Origin: Theionarchaea archaeon | Lineage (GTDB): Archaea; Methanobacteriota_B; Thermococci; Methanofastidiosales; SZ-28-30 | Assembly (NCBI GenBank): GCA_018992685.1 | Contig: JACVGT010000014.1 | Location: 67,349 to 131,348, forward strand | Length of the DNA: 64,000 nt | Reading direction: 5' to 3' | Shown here: positions 38,873 to 48,774 of the stretch, in pieces | How the letters are laid out: each line of letters starts with the position of its first letter | Position numbering within the stretch: the first letter of the stretch is position 1 | The notes under the pieces: model-generated | The model's database searches: none | What the model was told of the DNA's origin: nothing | Seen by the model: only the letters and a program-made list of their open reading frames with translations | Position numbers and translations under genes: made by a program

Positions 38873-39843
38873 GAGAAATCACTGTGGTTGAAGCACTGAA
38901 TGAAGCTCTGAGAGAAGAAATGCGAAGGGACGAAAATGTTGTACTGCTGGGAGAAGACATCGGAAAATACTGGCAGGGAGCTTTCAAGGTGACTAAGGGA
39001 CTGGAAGAGGAGTTCGGCTCAGATCGCGTGAGGGACACACCCATTTCAGAGAATGCAATTGTAGGGTGTGCAGTGGGTGCTGCCATGACAGGGCTGAGAC
39101 CCGTAGCTGAAATCATGTTTGGGGACCTGGTGGCTCTGGCAATGGATCAGATCTGCAACCAGGCTGCCAAGTTGCGCTACATGTCAGGGGGGCAGGTCAG
39201 GGTACCCATGGTTCTCCGTACTCCTTTTGGGGCAGGAGGATCCTATGCCTCCCATCACTCACAGAGCCTGGAAGCCTGGTTTATTCATGTGCCTGGACTG
39301 AAGGTGGTACAGCCTTCCAATGCGTATGATGCCAAGGGGCTGCTCAAAGCAAGCATTCGCGATGACAATCCCGTGGTGTTCTGTGAACATAAGTTTGTGT
39401 ACGGGCTGAAAGGGACTGTGCCAGAGGAGGACTATGTGGTTCCCCTTGGAGAAGCCAGGGTAGCACGAGAAGGTGAAGACATCACCATTGTAGCCACCTC
39501 CTTGATGGTAGAGAGAGCACTCAGGGCAGCTGCAGCGCTGGAAGAGGATGGAATTTCCTGTGAAATTGTTGATCCGCGTACTCTCAGACCACTGGATGAA
39601 GAAACGCTCTGTGCCTCAGCCAAGAAGACAGGCAAAGTTCTCATCATTCATGAGGCATGCGATACGGGCGGGATTTCTGGCGAGATCACCAAAACTCTAG
39701 TAAGGAGAGTTTTTTATTATCTGGATGCAATTGAGATACTGGCAGGAAAAGATGCTCCTATTCCATTCGCCCCAGTAATGGAAAAATGGGTAGCGCCAGA
39801 TGAAGAACGAATCAAGAAAGCCGTAAAGGAGATTGTAGTATGA
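38869..39843 (+). CDS. Pyruvate/acetoin dehydrogenase E1 beta
   Basis: GEDIG, DTPISE, GLRPVAEIMF, HHSQSLE, DPRTLRPLD. Confidence 0.95.
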   Translation: MREITVVEALNEALREEMRRDENVVLLGEDIGKYWQGAFKVTKGLEEEFGSDRVRDTPISENAIVGCAVGAAMTGLRPVAEIMFGDLVALAMDQICNQAAKLRYMSGGQVRVPMVLRTPFGAGGSYASHHSQSLEAWFIHVPGLKVVQPSNAYDAKGLLKASIRDDNPVVFCEHKFVYGLKGTVPEEDYVVPLGEARVAREGEDITIVATSLMVERALRAAAALEEDGISCEIVDPRTLRPLDEETLCASAKKTGKVLIIHEACDTGGISGEITKTLVRRVFYYLDAIEILAGKDAPIPFAPVMEKWVAPDEERIKKAVKEIVV

Positions 39844-41471
39844 AGATGGTAATGCCCAAAATGGGAATGACAATGGAAGAAGGAACCATTGTTGAATGGA
39901 AAAAGCGAGAGGGAGAATTCGTTGAAAAGGGTGAGATAATTCTGGAGATCATGACTAACAAAGTAAATATTGAGGTAGAAGCACCTGCATCTGGATTTTT
40001 GAAGATTCTACGAGGAGTGGATGACGTTGTGCTGGTGGGAGAGGTTATTGCATCGATTGAAGAAAAAGTTCCAGAAGCTGTGGAAAAGGCGGAGGTTTCT
40101 CGAGCTATGGAGGATGTCCCCTGGAAGGAACCAGAATTCAAGCCAGTAAGGCAGGAGAGAGAGGTGGTGGAAATTTCTGTACAAGAAGAGAGGACACCTG
40201 CATCTCCAAGGGCCAGGAGAGTGGCCGAAGACTACGGAGTTCTGCTGGAAAATGTGAGAGGAACTGGACCAGACGGTGCCGTCACTGAAGGAGACGTGCT
40301 CAGCTATGTTGGAAAGCGGAAATCTCAGGAAGCCTTTCAATCGGGGCTACCTGGAGTCTCTCCCCTTGCAGAACGCATTGCCCGGGAGAAGGGTATTGAT
40401 CTGTCTAGGATCAAGGGTACAGGACTCGAAGGGAAAATCACAAAGGAAGACGTTTTCAGGTACATGGAAGAAAGAGAGAAACCTGAACGGCCTAGAATGC
40501 AGAAGGAGTTGGAACCAGAAAAACCAGGAATAGAGAAGGAGCGGGAACCAGAGATTCCTAGAATAGAGAAGGAGCGGGAACCAGAGATTCCTAGAATAGA
40601 GAAAGAGCGGGAACCAGAGATTCCTAGAATAGAGAAGTCTTCAGAGATTGAATTGGAACAGGCAATCGAAAAGCCAATGATAAGACCTGAACCCGTTTCA
40701 CAGCTGCCACCAATACAGACCGGGGCAACACTGGCAGAACCAGAACACCGCGTTGAAGAGCCCATTATGCACCTTGAGAAACCTCTCGGGCCTGAACCGG
40801 AAGGAAAGACTCTCCCTTTGACAGGAATACGAAAACTCACTGCAGAGAGAATGAGCAGGAGCAAAAGAGAGGCTCCTCATCTGACCCTGGGCATGGACGT
40901 GGACATGACAGAGGCCAGCAACCTGAAAACCTCTCTTGCAGTCACCTACACCGACATTCTCGTCAAGGCTGTTGCCCTTGCGTTGAGGACCCATCCCCAG
41001 CTGAACTCTACCTTATCTGAAAACAGGATCGTACTGAGAGACACTATCAACATCGGAATTGCAGTGGCCAGGGGAGAGGATCTGCTGGTGCCTGTGATCC
41101 ACAGAGCAGATGCTCTCTCTTTAAAGAAGATTTCTCAGGCAACTGCAGATATCATAGAGCGAACTCGCAAGGACCAGTTGAAAGACACCGATGTTCTAGA
41201 CGGCACTTTTACCATTTCCAACCTGGGAATGTATGATATCGACTTTTTTACACCCATTATCAACCCCCCTGAAGCTGCAATCTTGGGAGTGGGAAGAATC
41301 ACACCGCGGCCTGTGGTGGTAAGGAATCGAATTGAAATACGTGAGATAGCTACCCTCTCTTTGAGTTTCGACCACCGAATTGTTAATGGCGTACCTGCTG
41401 CCCTTTTCCTCAAGGAGGTCAGGAATCTCCTGGAACATCCCTACAGGCTGCTGATGGAGGAAGAGCCATGA
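39840..41471 (+). CDS. Dihydrolipoamide acyltransferase E2
   Basis: Lipoyl domain (EIMTNKV), two subunit-binding domains, FTISNLG, PIINPPE, DHRIVNG. Confidence 0.95.
   Translation: MKMVMPKMGMTMEEGTIVEWKKREGEFVEKGEIILEIMTNKVNIEVEAPASGFLKILRGVDDVVLVGEVIASIEEKVPEAVEKAEVSRAMEDVPWKEPEFKPVRQEREVVEISVQEERTPASPRARRVAEDYGVLLENVRGTGPDGAVTEGDVLSYVGKRKSQEAFQSGLPGVSPLAERIAREKGIDLSRIKGTGLEGKITKEDVFRYMEEREKPERPRMQKELEPEKPGIEKEREPEIPRIEKEREPEIPRIEKEREPEIPRIEKSSEIELEQAIEKPMIRPEPVSQLPPIQTGATLAEPEHRVEEPIMHLEKPLGPEPEGKTLPLTGIRKLTAERMSRSKREAPHLTLGMDVDMTEASNLKTSLAVTYTDILVKAVALALRTHPQLNSTLSENRIVLRDTINIGIAVARGEDLLVPVIHRADALSLKKISQATADIIERTRKDQLKDTDVLDGTFTISNLGMYDIDFFTPIINPPEAAILGVGRITPRPVVVRNRIEIREIATLSLSFDHRIVNGVPAALFLKEVRNLLEHPYRLLMEEEP
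40492..40637 (+). repeat. 33-bp in-frame tandem repeat (IEKEREPEIPR) in the E2 linker, 3 near-perfect copies plus degenerate flanks
   Basis: GAATAGAGAAGGAGCGGGAACCAGAGATTCCTA at 40528, 40561 and 40594. Confidence 0.95.
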
Positions 41472-42784
41472 TAACGATACTTGGTGGGGGCCCTGGAGGG
41501 TACACAGCTGCCATCCGGGCAGTCCAGCTCGGCGCTGAGGTAACACTACTTGAAAAGGAAGAAGTGGGGGGAACCTGCCTGAACTGGGGCTGCGTTCCCT
41601 CTAAGGTATTCTTGAAAGGTTCTAAAATGTACAGCCAGCTTAAATTTGCTGAATCCTACGGTGTCTTTGCCAAACCATCTCCTTTTGACATGAGGAGGCT
41701 GGGAGAACGAAAGAACGAGGTCAAACAAGCGTTGGTCATGGGATTGAAGAACGTGCTCAGGTCGTATGGGGTGAATATTGTACACGGAGAGGGTCGGATG
41801 ATTGATGAACACACAGTGGTGGGTCCTGGAGGGAATATTGCGTGTGACAAGATTATTCTGGCCACGGGGTGTCAGCCGGAGGTGCCCCATTTGTTTCAAG
41901 AACTCTCCGTGACATACAAAGATGTTTTCCAGCTGCAATATCTTCCCAGAAGTGTTCTGGTGGTGAATGGGGGGGTGTTCGCTGTGGAAATGGCCTGGTT
42001 CTTTTTGGAATTGGGGTCACAGGTGACCATGGTGGCTGAAAATGTGCTGGAAAGGGATTTTGAGGATATTGAAACTCGCATAGCATCTTACCTTCAGAAC
42101 AGAGGAGTGAAATTTGTACAGGGAAGAATCGCATCCATCAAGAAACAAGGAGAACAGAAACTGGTAGAAATCGGAGAAGAAGAGATTATTGCAGAGGAGC
42201 TTATTTGGATGAATCGGAAACGCGTATTAGAGGGAATTCCAAGGAAGCTGGTGCAACATGAGAGTGTTGCTGTGAACGAGCACATGCAGACTGCCTTCCC
42301 GGCTGTGTATGCAGTGGGAGACATCACAGGGAGTTACACTGCAGGTGATGCCATGGCTCAGGGAGTTGTGGCAGCCGAGCACGCAATGGGGAATACGACT
42401 GCGTACAATCCTCGGACCGTTCCCAAGGTACTCTATGCTCCAGAAGCTGCAGTGATTGGACTGACGGAGAGAGAAGCTTCAGAGGAGTACGACGTGGTAA
42501 AGGGGAATTTCCCGTATGGAGCTTCAGGCAGAGCTCAGACGGTGGGTGCCATCAGAGGGAGAGTAACTATACTTGCGGATAAGAAGTATGGTGAAATCTT
42601 GGGGGCCCACATAGTGGGAAAAGGTGCCTCTGAGTTGATTCAGCTGATTGGGTTTGCAATGAGATTGGAAGCCACCATAGATGAGCTTTCGTCCTTGCTG
42701 TGTGCTCATCCTACTATGGTGGAAATGATACGGGATGCAGGATTGGATATTCATGGAAATGCCTTTAACCTACCCAGGAAATGA
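41468..42784 (+). CDS. lpdA: Dihydrolipoamide dehydrogenase E3
   Basis: GGGPGGY, GGTCLNWGCVPSK, YAVGD, HPT. Confidence 0.9.
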   Translation: MITILGGGPGGYTAAIRAVQLGAEVTLLEKEEVGGTCLNWGCVPSKVFLKGSKMYSQLKFAESYGVFAKPSPFDMRRLGERKNEVKQALVMGLKNVLRSYGVNIVHGEGRMIDEHTVVGPGGNIACDKIILATGCQPEVPHLFQELSVTYKDVFQLQYLPRSVLVVNGGVFAVEMAWFFLELGSQVTMVAENVLERDFEDIETRIASYLQNRGVKFVQGRIASIKKQGEQKLVEIGEEEIIAEELIWMNRKRVLEGIPRKLVQHESVAVNEHMQTAFPAVYAVGDITGSYTAGDAMAQGVVAAEHAMGNTTAYNPRTVPKVLYAPEAAVIGLTEREASEEYDVVKGNFPYGASGRAQTVGAIRGRVTILADKKYGEILGAHIVGKGASELIQLIGFAMRLEATIDELSSLLCAHPTMVEMIRDAGLDIHGNAFNLPRK

Positions 42785-43478
42785 GTTACGGCTGTTGTAC
42801 CAGCATGGCGATCCGGCTGTTTCTCTGGCTTTTGAGGAAGCCATAGCCAGGTGCGGTATACCGACGTTCAGGGTGTGGGTGACCTCGAAATGTGTGGTCA
42901 TAGGACGATTCCAGGACGTGAGTGAGGAAGTGGATGTGGAATACTGCACCGAGAAAGAGCTTCCCATTCTAAGACGGTTTACAGGAGGCGGGGCTGTCGT
43001 CTTGGATGAGGGTGTTGCCTGTCTTGCTTTTTGCCTTCCAGTGCAGAAGAACCCGCTGGATGTCTTTCACGCTCTGAGTGAATGTGTTGGTAGTGCTATC
43101 GGGGCTGAGATTGATGAAAGGAATAATCTGTTCGTGAACGGGAAGAAGGTCTCAGGTGCTGCAGGCTGTAAGAAGTGGGGCTCCCTATTCCACCACTTGA
43201 CCTTGCTGATGGCATGTGACACGGAACTGATGAGAGCTCTCACACCGGGGAGTGCAAGCCAATGCAAAACTGGCAGCGATGCACGTGAAGTCCGGAATAT
43301 TGGCACGAACATGAGAGATGTACTAGTCCGAGTGGCCAGAAACATTGGGAACCTGCTTGACACCAAGGTAACACCAGGAAAGATTACTCAGGAAGAGCGA
43401 AGCCTGGCAGATTACTTGCTCAGAGAGAAGTACGCCAAGAGCGAGTGGAATTTCATGGCCATTGATCCATTACACTAG
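42735..43478 (+). CDS. lplA: Lipoate-protein ligase A family (start uncertain)
   Basis: VVIGRFQ, RRFTGGGAV, GKKVSGAA. Confidence 0.88.
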   Translation: MQDWIFMEMPLTYPGNELRLLYQHGDPAVSLAFEEAIARCGIPTFRVWVTSKCVVIGRFQDVSEEVDVEYCTEKELPILRRFTGGGAVVLDEGVACLAFCLPVQKNPLDVFHALSECVGSAIGAEIDERNNLFVNGKKVSGAAGCKKWGSLFHHLTLLMACDTELMRALTPGSASQCKTGSDAREVRNIGTNMRDVLVRVARNIGNLLDTKVTPGKITQEERSLADYLLREKYAKSEWNFMAIDPLH

Positions 43479-43679
43479 GTGTAGACGAGCGATCTATTCA
43501 TGAATCCGCTTGTTATGAAGGAAACGTTACCTTTGCTTCATACACCGTTATGTTTATAAAGGATGAAAACTCTATAAAAGTCGTTGGAGCTGCAATGCTA
43601 CCAAATCTACCTCCTATCTCTTTTTTTTGTTTTCAATTGAATGGCAAAATCCTGGGTAAACGCGGAAAAAAAAAGAAAA

Positions 43680-43934
43680 TTAAATATCGTATCCAAGAAA
43701 GTACAGCAGTATGATGATCAAGACTCCCACAACTCCGCCTATAGCCGTCAAAACGACATCCCAGATTCCAATGTTTAATCCTGAAAGCAGACCCAGCCAC
43801 TTGAGCACACCCAGAATTATGAGACCGACGATGGTATTTACTGCTAAGTACACGATAGCCTTGGCAAGATAGTAGATGGCTACCACAACGAGGATCACCA
43901 AGACAAGAAGACCCAGCGTGATTACTAGAGCCAT
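43680..43934 (-). CDS. Small membrane protein, BofA-like
   Basis: LAVNTIVGLIIL...AIGGVVGV; three hydrophobic segments. Confidence 0.7.
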   Translation of the reverse strand: MALVITLGLLVLVILVVVAIYYLAKAIVYLAVNTIVGLIILGVLKWLGLLSGLNIGIWDVVLTAIGGVVGVLIIILLYFLGYDI

Positions 43935-44129
43935 ACGTTGATTTCAATTTAGAGTTTATAAAGATTTCTAGCATTCTTCAGTCTGTATAAGCTTGTTTTT
44001 GGATATTTGTCCACCGGTGGTAGATGGAAGTCTCAACAAGAGATTTTTCCTGTCAGTCAGAGGGTTGATTCACAGGGTCACACTAGGGTTTGGACCATAC
44101 ACTTTTTATTGCAAGCACTAATTGATACT

Positions 44130-45341
44130 ATGCCTACGCTTGTTGAGACCATCGTTTCAAAGCACAAGGAATCACCAGTCAGAGCAGGGGACGAGATTGA
44201 AGAATTGCCTGTCGATAGACTGCTTATTAATGATGTGGCAGCCGTACAGCTGGTGGAACGCTACAGGGAAATTGAGGATCTACTTCCGGCTCCTTTTGAT
44301 CCTTCATCTGTATTTGTAGTATTGGACCACGTAGTTCCCCCTTGTGATTCCGTGATAGCTGATAACCTGCAGAGAACAAAGCAATTTGCCCGTACGCTGC
44401 ACCTGAACCTCTTCAAAGAGGGGGAAGGGATCGAACACGTCCTCCTTCCTGAAAATAACCTGGTCAGTCCAGGTGATATTCTACTGGGAACGGATTCTCA
44501 CACCTGTACGAATGGGGCTTTGGGTTGTTTCGCGTTCGGTATCGGGATCACAGATGCTCTGTTCGTCCTGTTCACAGGAACTTTCTATAACTTTGTCGTA
44601 CCAGAAACAGTTTTGCTGACCTGTTCAGGCAAGCTTCAAAAGGGGGTTTATGCCAAAGACCTGATTCTGTACGTGTTGTCCCACCTTGATCAGCAAAAGA
44701 TGTTGAATAAAGTACTTCAATTCAGTGGCCCAGTCTTTGCGTCCATGCCGCTCGATGGAATGCTGACGGTTTGTAACATGACCACAGAAATCAGTGCAAA
44801 GACGGGGATCATGCCCTATGAAACTAGGGAAGACCTATCAGCAGAATTTGCAGAAAGATATACCTTTGATGTTACCCCGCTTGAACCCGTTGTGGCTGTT
44901 CCTCACTCCCCGCTGAATGGAAAGCCAGTGGCTGAACTGACCGTTGAGATCACCAAAGCATTCCTCGGGTCATGCACCAATAGCAGGCTGTCTGATCTGC
45001 AGGTAGCAGCTTCCATTCTCAGGGGTAAGAAAGTCAAAGACACAGTAGATTTGTATATTGTGCCGGGTTCCCGGAAAATCTATGAAAAAATCCAGGAGAG
45101 TGGTATCCTTTCCACCTTCATCCAGGCAGGGGCTGTTATTCTCCCCCCGAATTGCGCAGCCTGCTTTGGTAGACATATGGGGGTCTTGGGACCCAGCGAT
45201 GTGTGTATTTCTTCGGCAAACAGGAATTTCGTTGGGAGAATGGGGTCTAAGGATGCCAAAGTATATCTTGGGTCCCCAGCCACCGTGGCTGCATCTGCAT
45301 TGACAGGGATGATAACTGATCCAAGGGAGGTCCTACCATGA
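44130..45341 (+). CDS. 3-isopropylmalate dehydratase/homoaconitase large subunit (LeuC/HacA family)
   Basis: LDHVVP, GTDSHTCT, GSCTNSR, CAACFG, NRNFVGRMG. Confidence 0.93.
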   Translation: MPTLVETIVSKHKESPVRAGDEIEELPVDRLLINDVAAVQLVERYREIEDLLPAPFDPSSVFVVLDHVVPPCDSVIADNLQRTKQFARTLHLNLFKEGEGIEHVLLPENNLVSPGDILLGTDSHTCTNGALGCFAFGIGITDALFVLFTGTFYNFVVPETVLLTCSGKLQKGVYAKDLILYVLSHLDQQKMLNKVLQFSGPVFASMPLDGMLTVCNMTTEISAKTGIMPYETREDLSAEFAERYTFDVTPLEPVVAVPHSPLNGKPVAELTVEITKAFLGSCTNSRLSDLQVAASILRGKKVKDTVDLYIVPGSRKIYEKIQESGILSTFIQAGAVILPPNCAACFGRHMGVLGPSDVCISSANRNFVGRMGSKDAKVYLGSPATVAASALTGMITDPREVLP

Positions 45342-45823
45342 AAATTGAAGGGACTGCCCTACCAGTGGGAGATGACATTGATACTGATCTCATTATTCCT
45401 ACATTCGCACTACAGAAGTCAAGGGATCCCAGAACGTTCGCTGACTATGCCTTCTGCCACACCATACCGGGGTTCAAAGAGATACCTGAGAAAATCATCG
45501 TTGCTGGCCACAACTTCGGGTGCGGATCATCCCGGGAGGAAGCAGTTTTTGCCCTCCTATATGCGGATGTTAAGGCAGTTCTGGCCAGGTCTTTTGCCCC
45601 TATCTTCAAGAGAAATGCATTCAATAATGCATTACTGTCTATAGAGATGGATACGTCAAGAATCAAGAAGAGTGATCCTCTGAGAATTGATCTAGACAGG
45701 AAAACGGTATGTGACACTACAACGGGAGAAGACTACTCATTTACACTGACTGCAGCTGAAGAAACGTTGATTCAGCACGGTGGATTACTGCCCATGTTAA
45801 GGAAACGGCTTGCCAATCCGTGA
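45338..45823 (+). CDS. 3-isopropylmalate dehydratase/homoaconitase small subunit (LeuD/HacB family)
   Basis: DDIDTDLIIP, NFGCGSSRE, SFAPIFKRNA, GGLL. Confidence 0.93.
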   Translation: MKIEGTALPVGDDIDTDLIIPTFALQKSRDPRTFADYAFCHTIPGFKEIPEKIIVAGHNFGCGSSREEAVFALLYADVKAVLARSFAPIFKRNAFNNALLSIEMDTSRIKKSDPLRIDLDRKTVCDTTTGEDYSFTLTAAEETLIQHGGLLPMLRKRLANP

Positions 45824-45885
45824 AGGACTCATGCTGGCTTGAAAGGTTAGAGGATTAGGTTCACCCGTCATGTTCTACCTGAGAA

Positions 45886-47046
45886 TCACTCCACGTTGTG
45901 TCTGCGCATTCTCAGCCCGATGAGAACGGACACAATAATGGCTGGAATGAGCAGGATGGCAGGAATTCCTACCTCGTTCTCTTCTTCAACTTCTCCTCTT
46001 TCTTCTTTCTCGAAAAGAGGTTCCTCTACTCCCGATTCCTTCTCTTCTGCTACTGGTCCTTCCTGGGGAGACACAAGGTCCTGGTCTGAAGTCTCAACTT
46101 CGCTGGGTTCAACCTGGCTGCCATCTTTCCCTTTCTGAGCATCCACATACACCATCTGAACCTTATCCAAATCTATCTCTCCCAGCCCCATTTCGTACGC
46201 AGCCGTGAGATGCCCAACATCATCACTGTCCCGCTCCAGAAGCTCACACGCATACCTGTCAATGGCGACAGGGTCCACACCAACAACAACCTCCCCGACC
46301 TCGTTCACTTTGCCGGGGCCTCGAGGTCCATTACTCATCAAAATCCGGTAGGCATCCAGTACTATCAGATCTGGCTTCACCAAACTGCTCAAATCAGCAA
46401 TGCACTGGTCCAATCCTCGGGTATGAAACTCTCCTCTGTTCCACACAACACCCATTAGATTCTTCATGGATACAGTAATTTTGGCGGAGCCGTGCACCTT
46501 CGCTATGGGTACATTGATGAATACATCTGCACCCAGGACCTCCTTTGACAGCTCCGTTTTCTTCAGTTTCCTTCCCAGTGGAATGTCCACTTCCTCATAA
46601 TCCCCACGGGAATCTATTACCTTGATTTTCCCTCCAGCCTGGACCACTGCATCTTTTATCTCTGACGTGTCCATGCACATCCGACCATTCTCCAGAGTAT
46701 TATCAACCACCACAACCTCTGAGGCACCTGCTTCCCTGCATATCTCTACAAGTCTTCCCACCAGTTCGGGGTTTGTGGTAGCTGCCCGAGAAGGCGGCTG
46801 ATTGAATGACATATTGACCTTGATTACGACTTTTTGTCCTTTCCTCACCACCTTCCCGATGCCCCCGATGCCCTTGAGAGCTGCATCCACGAGTTCTCCA
46901 GGAGTCCCATTTTGGGCAATCACCAGTTCTGTACCTGAAGACGCATGCAGTACTGGCGCAAAACGGCTGATCCTCTCAAGCAATGATGCACTCAGGAATA
47001 GTCCAGCTCCTTCTCTGAAGAATTCCCGTCTGGTCATGATGCGCAT
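45886..47046 (-). CDS. DUF362 domain protein with Tat-like signal and C-terminal membrane anchor
   Basis: TRREFF, VIKVN, TTNPELV, NVPIAKVH, SMKNLMG, DPVAID; terminal hydrophobic helix followed by RMRR. Confidence 0.85.
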   Translation of the reverse strand: MRIMTRREFFREGAGLFLSASLLERISRFAPVLHASSGTELVIAQNGTPGELVDAALKGIGGIGKVVRKGQKVVIKVNMSFNQPPSRAATTNPELVGRLVEICREAGASEVVVVDNTLENGRMCMDTSEIKDAVVQAGGKIKVIDSRGDYEEVDIPLGRKLKKTELSKEVLGADVFINVPIAKVHGSAKITVSMKNLMGVVWNRGEFHTRGLDQCIADLSSLVKPDLIVLDAYRILMSNGPRGPGKVNEVGEVVVGVDPVAIDRYACELLERDSDDVGHLTAAYEMGLGEIDLDKVQMVYVDAQKGKDGSQVEPSEVETSDQDLVSPQEGPVAEEKESGVEEPLFEKEERGEVEEENEVGIPAILLIPAIIVSVLIGLRMRRHNVE

Positions 47047-47109
47047 AGTATGTATCTGATTGCAGATTTATAAACCTAGCCCGGCACCAGCAACGGACAG
47101 GCGCAACAT

Positions 47110-47469
47110 TCAGGCCAGCTTTTCCTCAATCATCTTGCACCATTCTTTCGCTTCTTCTATAATGACTTTTTTCAACTTTTTTCTTGATATGGCAGAATAT
47201 CTGTATATATATCCCCTCTTGAGACTGTCAGCGCGCCTGACAGCCAGCCCCTGATTCATCAGTTGGTCCAGTGCCTTCTGGACTGTGCTCCGATGTCTCT
47301 CCACTGCCTGGGCAATTTCCTTGGCAGTAACCCCTGAATGTGAAAAAAGATAGAAGAGGACTGTGCTCTCCAGATCATTCAATGAAAGAAGACAGGATAA
47401 CAGCCGATCTTCGTCCATCTTGTCAATCTGCAGTTTACTGCACAGGTTCTCATTCATGAGAAACCGCAT
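47110..47469 (-). CDS. TrmB-like HTH transcriptional regulator
   Basis: CLLSLNDLE, TAKEIAQAVERHRSTVQKAL, GYIYRY. Confidence 0.85.
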   Translation of the reverse strand: MRFLMNENLCSKLQIDKMDEDRLLSCLLSLNDLESTVLFYLFSHSGVTAKEIAQAVERHRSTVQKALDQLMNQGLAVRRADSLKRGYIYRYSAISRKKLKKVIIEEAKEWCKMIEEKLA

Positions 47470-47852
47470 TACAGTGCCTCCATAATCTGCTGCTCCAGAT
47501 GCTGCTGTGGAACAGCTCCCACAATGCGCTTGACTGGTGAACCTTTTTTGAACACCAGCAATGTGGGAATGCTCATGACCTGGTATCGAGCGGCGGTCTT
47601 GGGGTTTTCGTCCACATTCAACTTGGCGAAAACCACCCTGCCTGCCATCTTCTCAGCCAGTGCTTCTACGGCTGGCTCGATCATCTTGCAGGGCATGCAC
47701 CAGCTAGCCCACAAATCCACAACCACAGCATCATAGTTCCTGAGAGCGTCCTCAAAATCGCTGTCGGTAACCTTGATGGGTTTCTTGGGCATATTTGCCT
47801 CATCCTGAAGCTTTTCCAATTTTTCCTGACGAATACGTTGACGTTCATCCAT
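47469..47852 (-). CDS. trxA: Thioredoxin
   Basis: WASWCMPC, SIPT. Confidence 0.95.
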   Translation of the reverse strand: MDERQRIRQEKLEKLQDEANMPKKPIKVTDSDFEDALRNYDAVVVDLWASWCMPCKMIEPAVEALAEKMAGRVVFAKLNVDENPKTAARYQVMSIPTLLVFKKGSPVKRIVGAVPQQHLEQQIMEAL

Positions 47853-48039
47853 GGGTATGGTGCTTGGTGCACGGTTATAAAGGTTTCGATTATTTATGCA
47901 ACATCTTTGCGCAACTTTTCTTCTAGATGAAAACCTGTTCTTTCGTCACGGGGACTCAGTTAAAGAAGTGAACCCGTATCACTGTTGGGAATTCTGCAGT
48001 ACAACAAACCTTTATATTTAGCAGCTCTAACAGGAGACT

Positions 48040-48774
48040 ATGAGCGAGGAGCTGCAGAAGGAAGAACGCCAGGAACTGCTTGAAAAACTGGGGATATCCC
48101 TACCGAAAGATGAAGAATTTGAAGAACTCCTTGAACGGGAAGGAATTGGATATTTGATTAGGAAAGATGTTCAGGAATCTTTTTCTCCTGGCGAAATTGA
48201 AAGGATTAACAAGAATATTGACAGTATTCTGGCTGATCTTGCAGCTTCTCCCACTGGTCTTTCGGGAACTGAAAGAATCATCAGTGAAGTGCTCCAGAAA
48301 GAGGCCAAGAACCTGGGTACGTTTGTTGTTCAGGGAATACAGTGTGACATGAGAGAAAAAGGATATGGCTGGAAAGGGACCACTTCCATATTTATGTCAG
48401 CTGAAGACTGGTCCAAGGCGACCAAGCAGGTGGAACTGATTGCCCGGCTTACTTTGATGAAGCTGGCCAGAAACAGGGGACTGGTCCCCAAGGTGACAAT
48501 CAATTTTGAGAAACAGAAAGGAGATGCGGAAGGACAATCTGCACTCACGCCGGCTGAAGCTGCAGCTCAGATTGAGGCATTCGCCAGGAAGTTGCTGGGA
48601 GACGACTATATCATGGTGAAGAAACGCCTGCAGAAGAACTTCACGAACAAGGAGGACTTGATGGATGCCTGCTCTGAGGTACAGCGTATTGTCACTCTGT
48701 TCATTGATGAGAGTCTGGCAAACAGCTTTAGAGATAGAGTTGCAGATATTGTGTACAGGATTCAAGGTGGTTAA
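48040..48774 (+). CDS. Hypothetical protein, co-transcribed with a KaiC-like ATPase
   Basis: 244-aa ORF with GGAG RBS and AAACCTTTATAT promoter; abuts the next gene. Confidence 0.75.
   Translation: MSEELQKEERQELLEKLGISLPKDEEFEELLEREGIGYLIRKDVQESFSPGEIERINKNIDSILADLAASPTGLSGTERIISEVLQKEAKNLGTFVVQGIQCDMREKGYGWKGTTSIFMSAEDWSKATKQVELIARLTLMKLARNRGLVPKVTINFEKQKGDAEGQSALTPAEAAAQIEAFARKLLGDDYIMVKKRLQKNFTNKEDLMDACSEVQRIVTLFIDESLANSFRDRVADIVYRIQGG

Noticed and set aside
40492-40637. 33-bp repeats as a possible CRISPR array
   Set aside because: No spacers, in frame within E2, and no cas genes in the window
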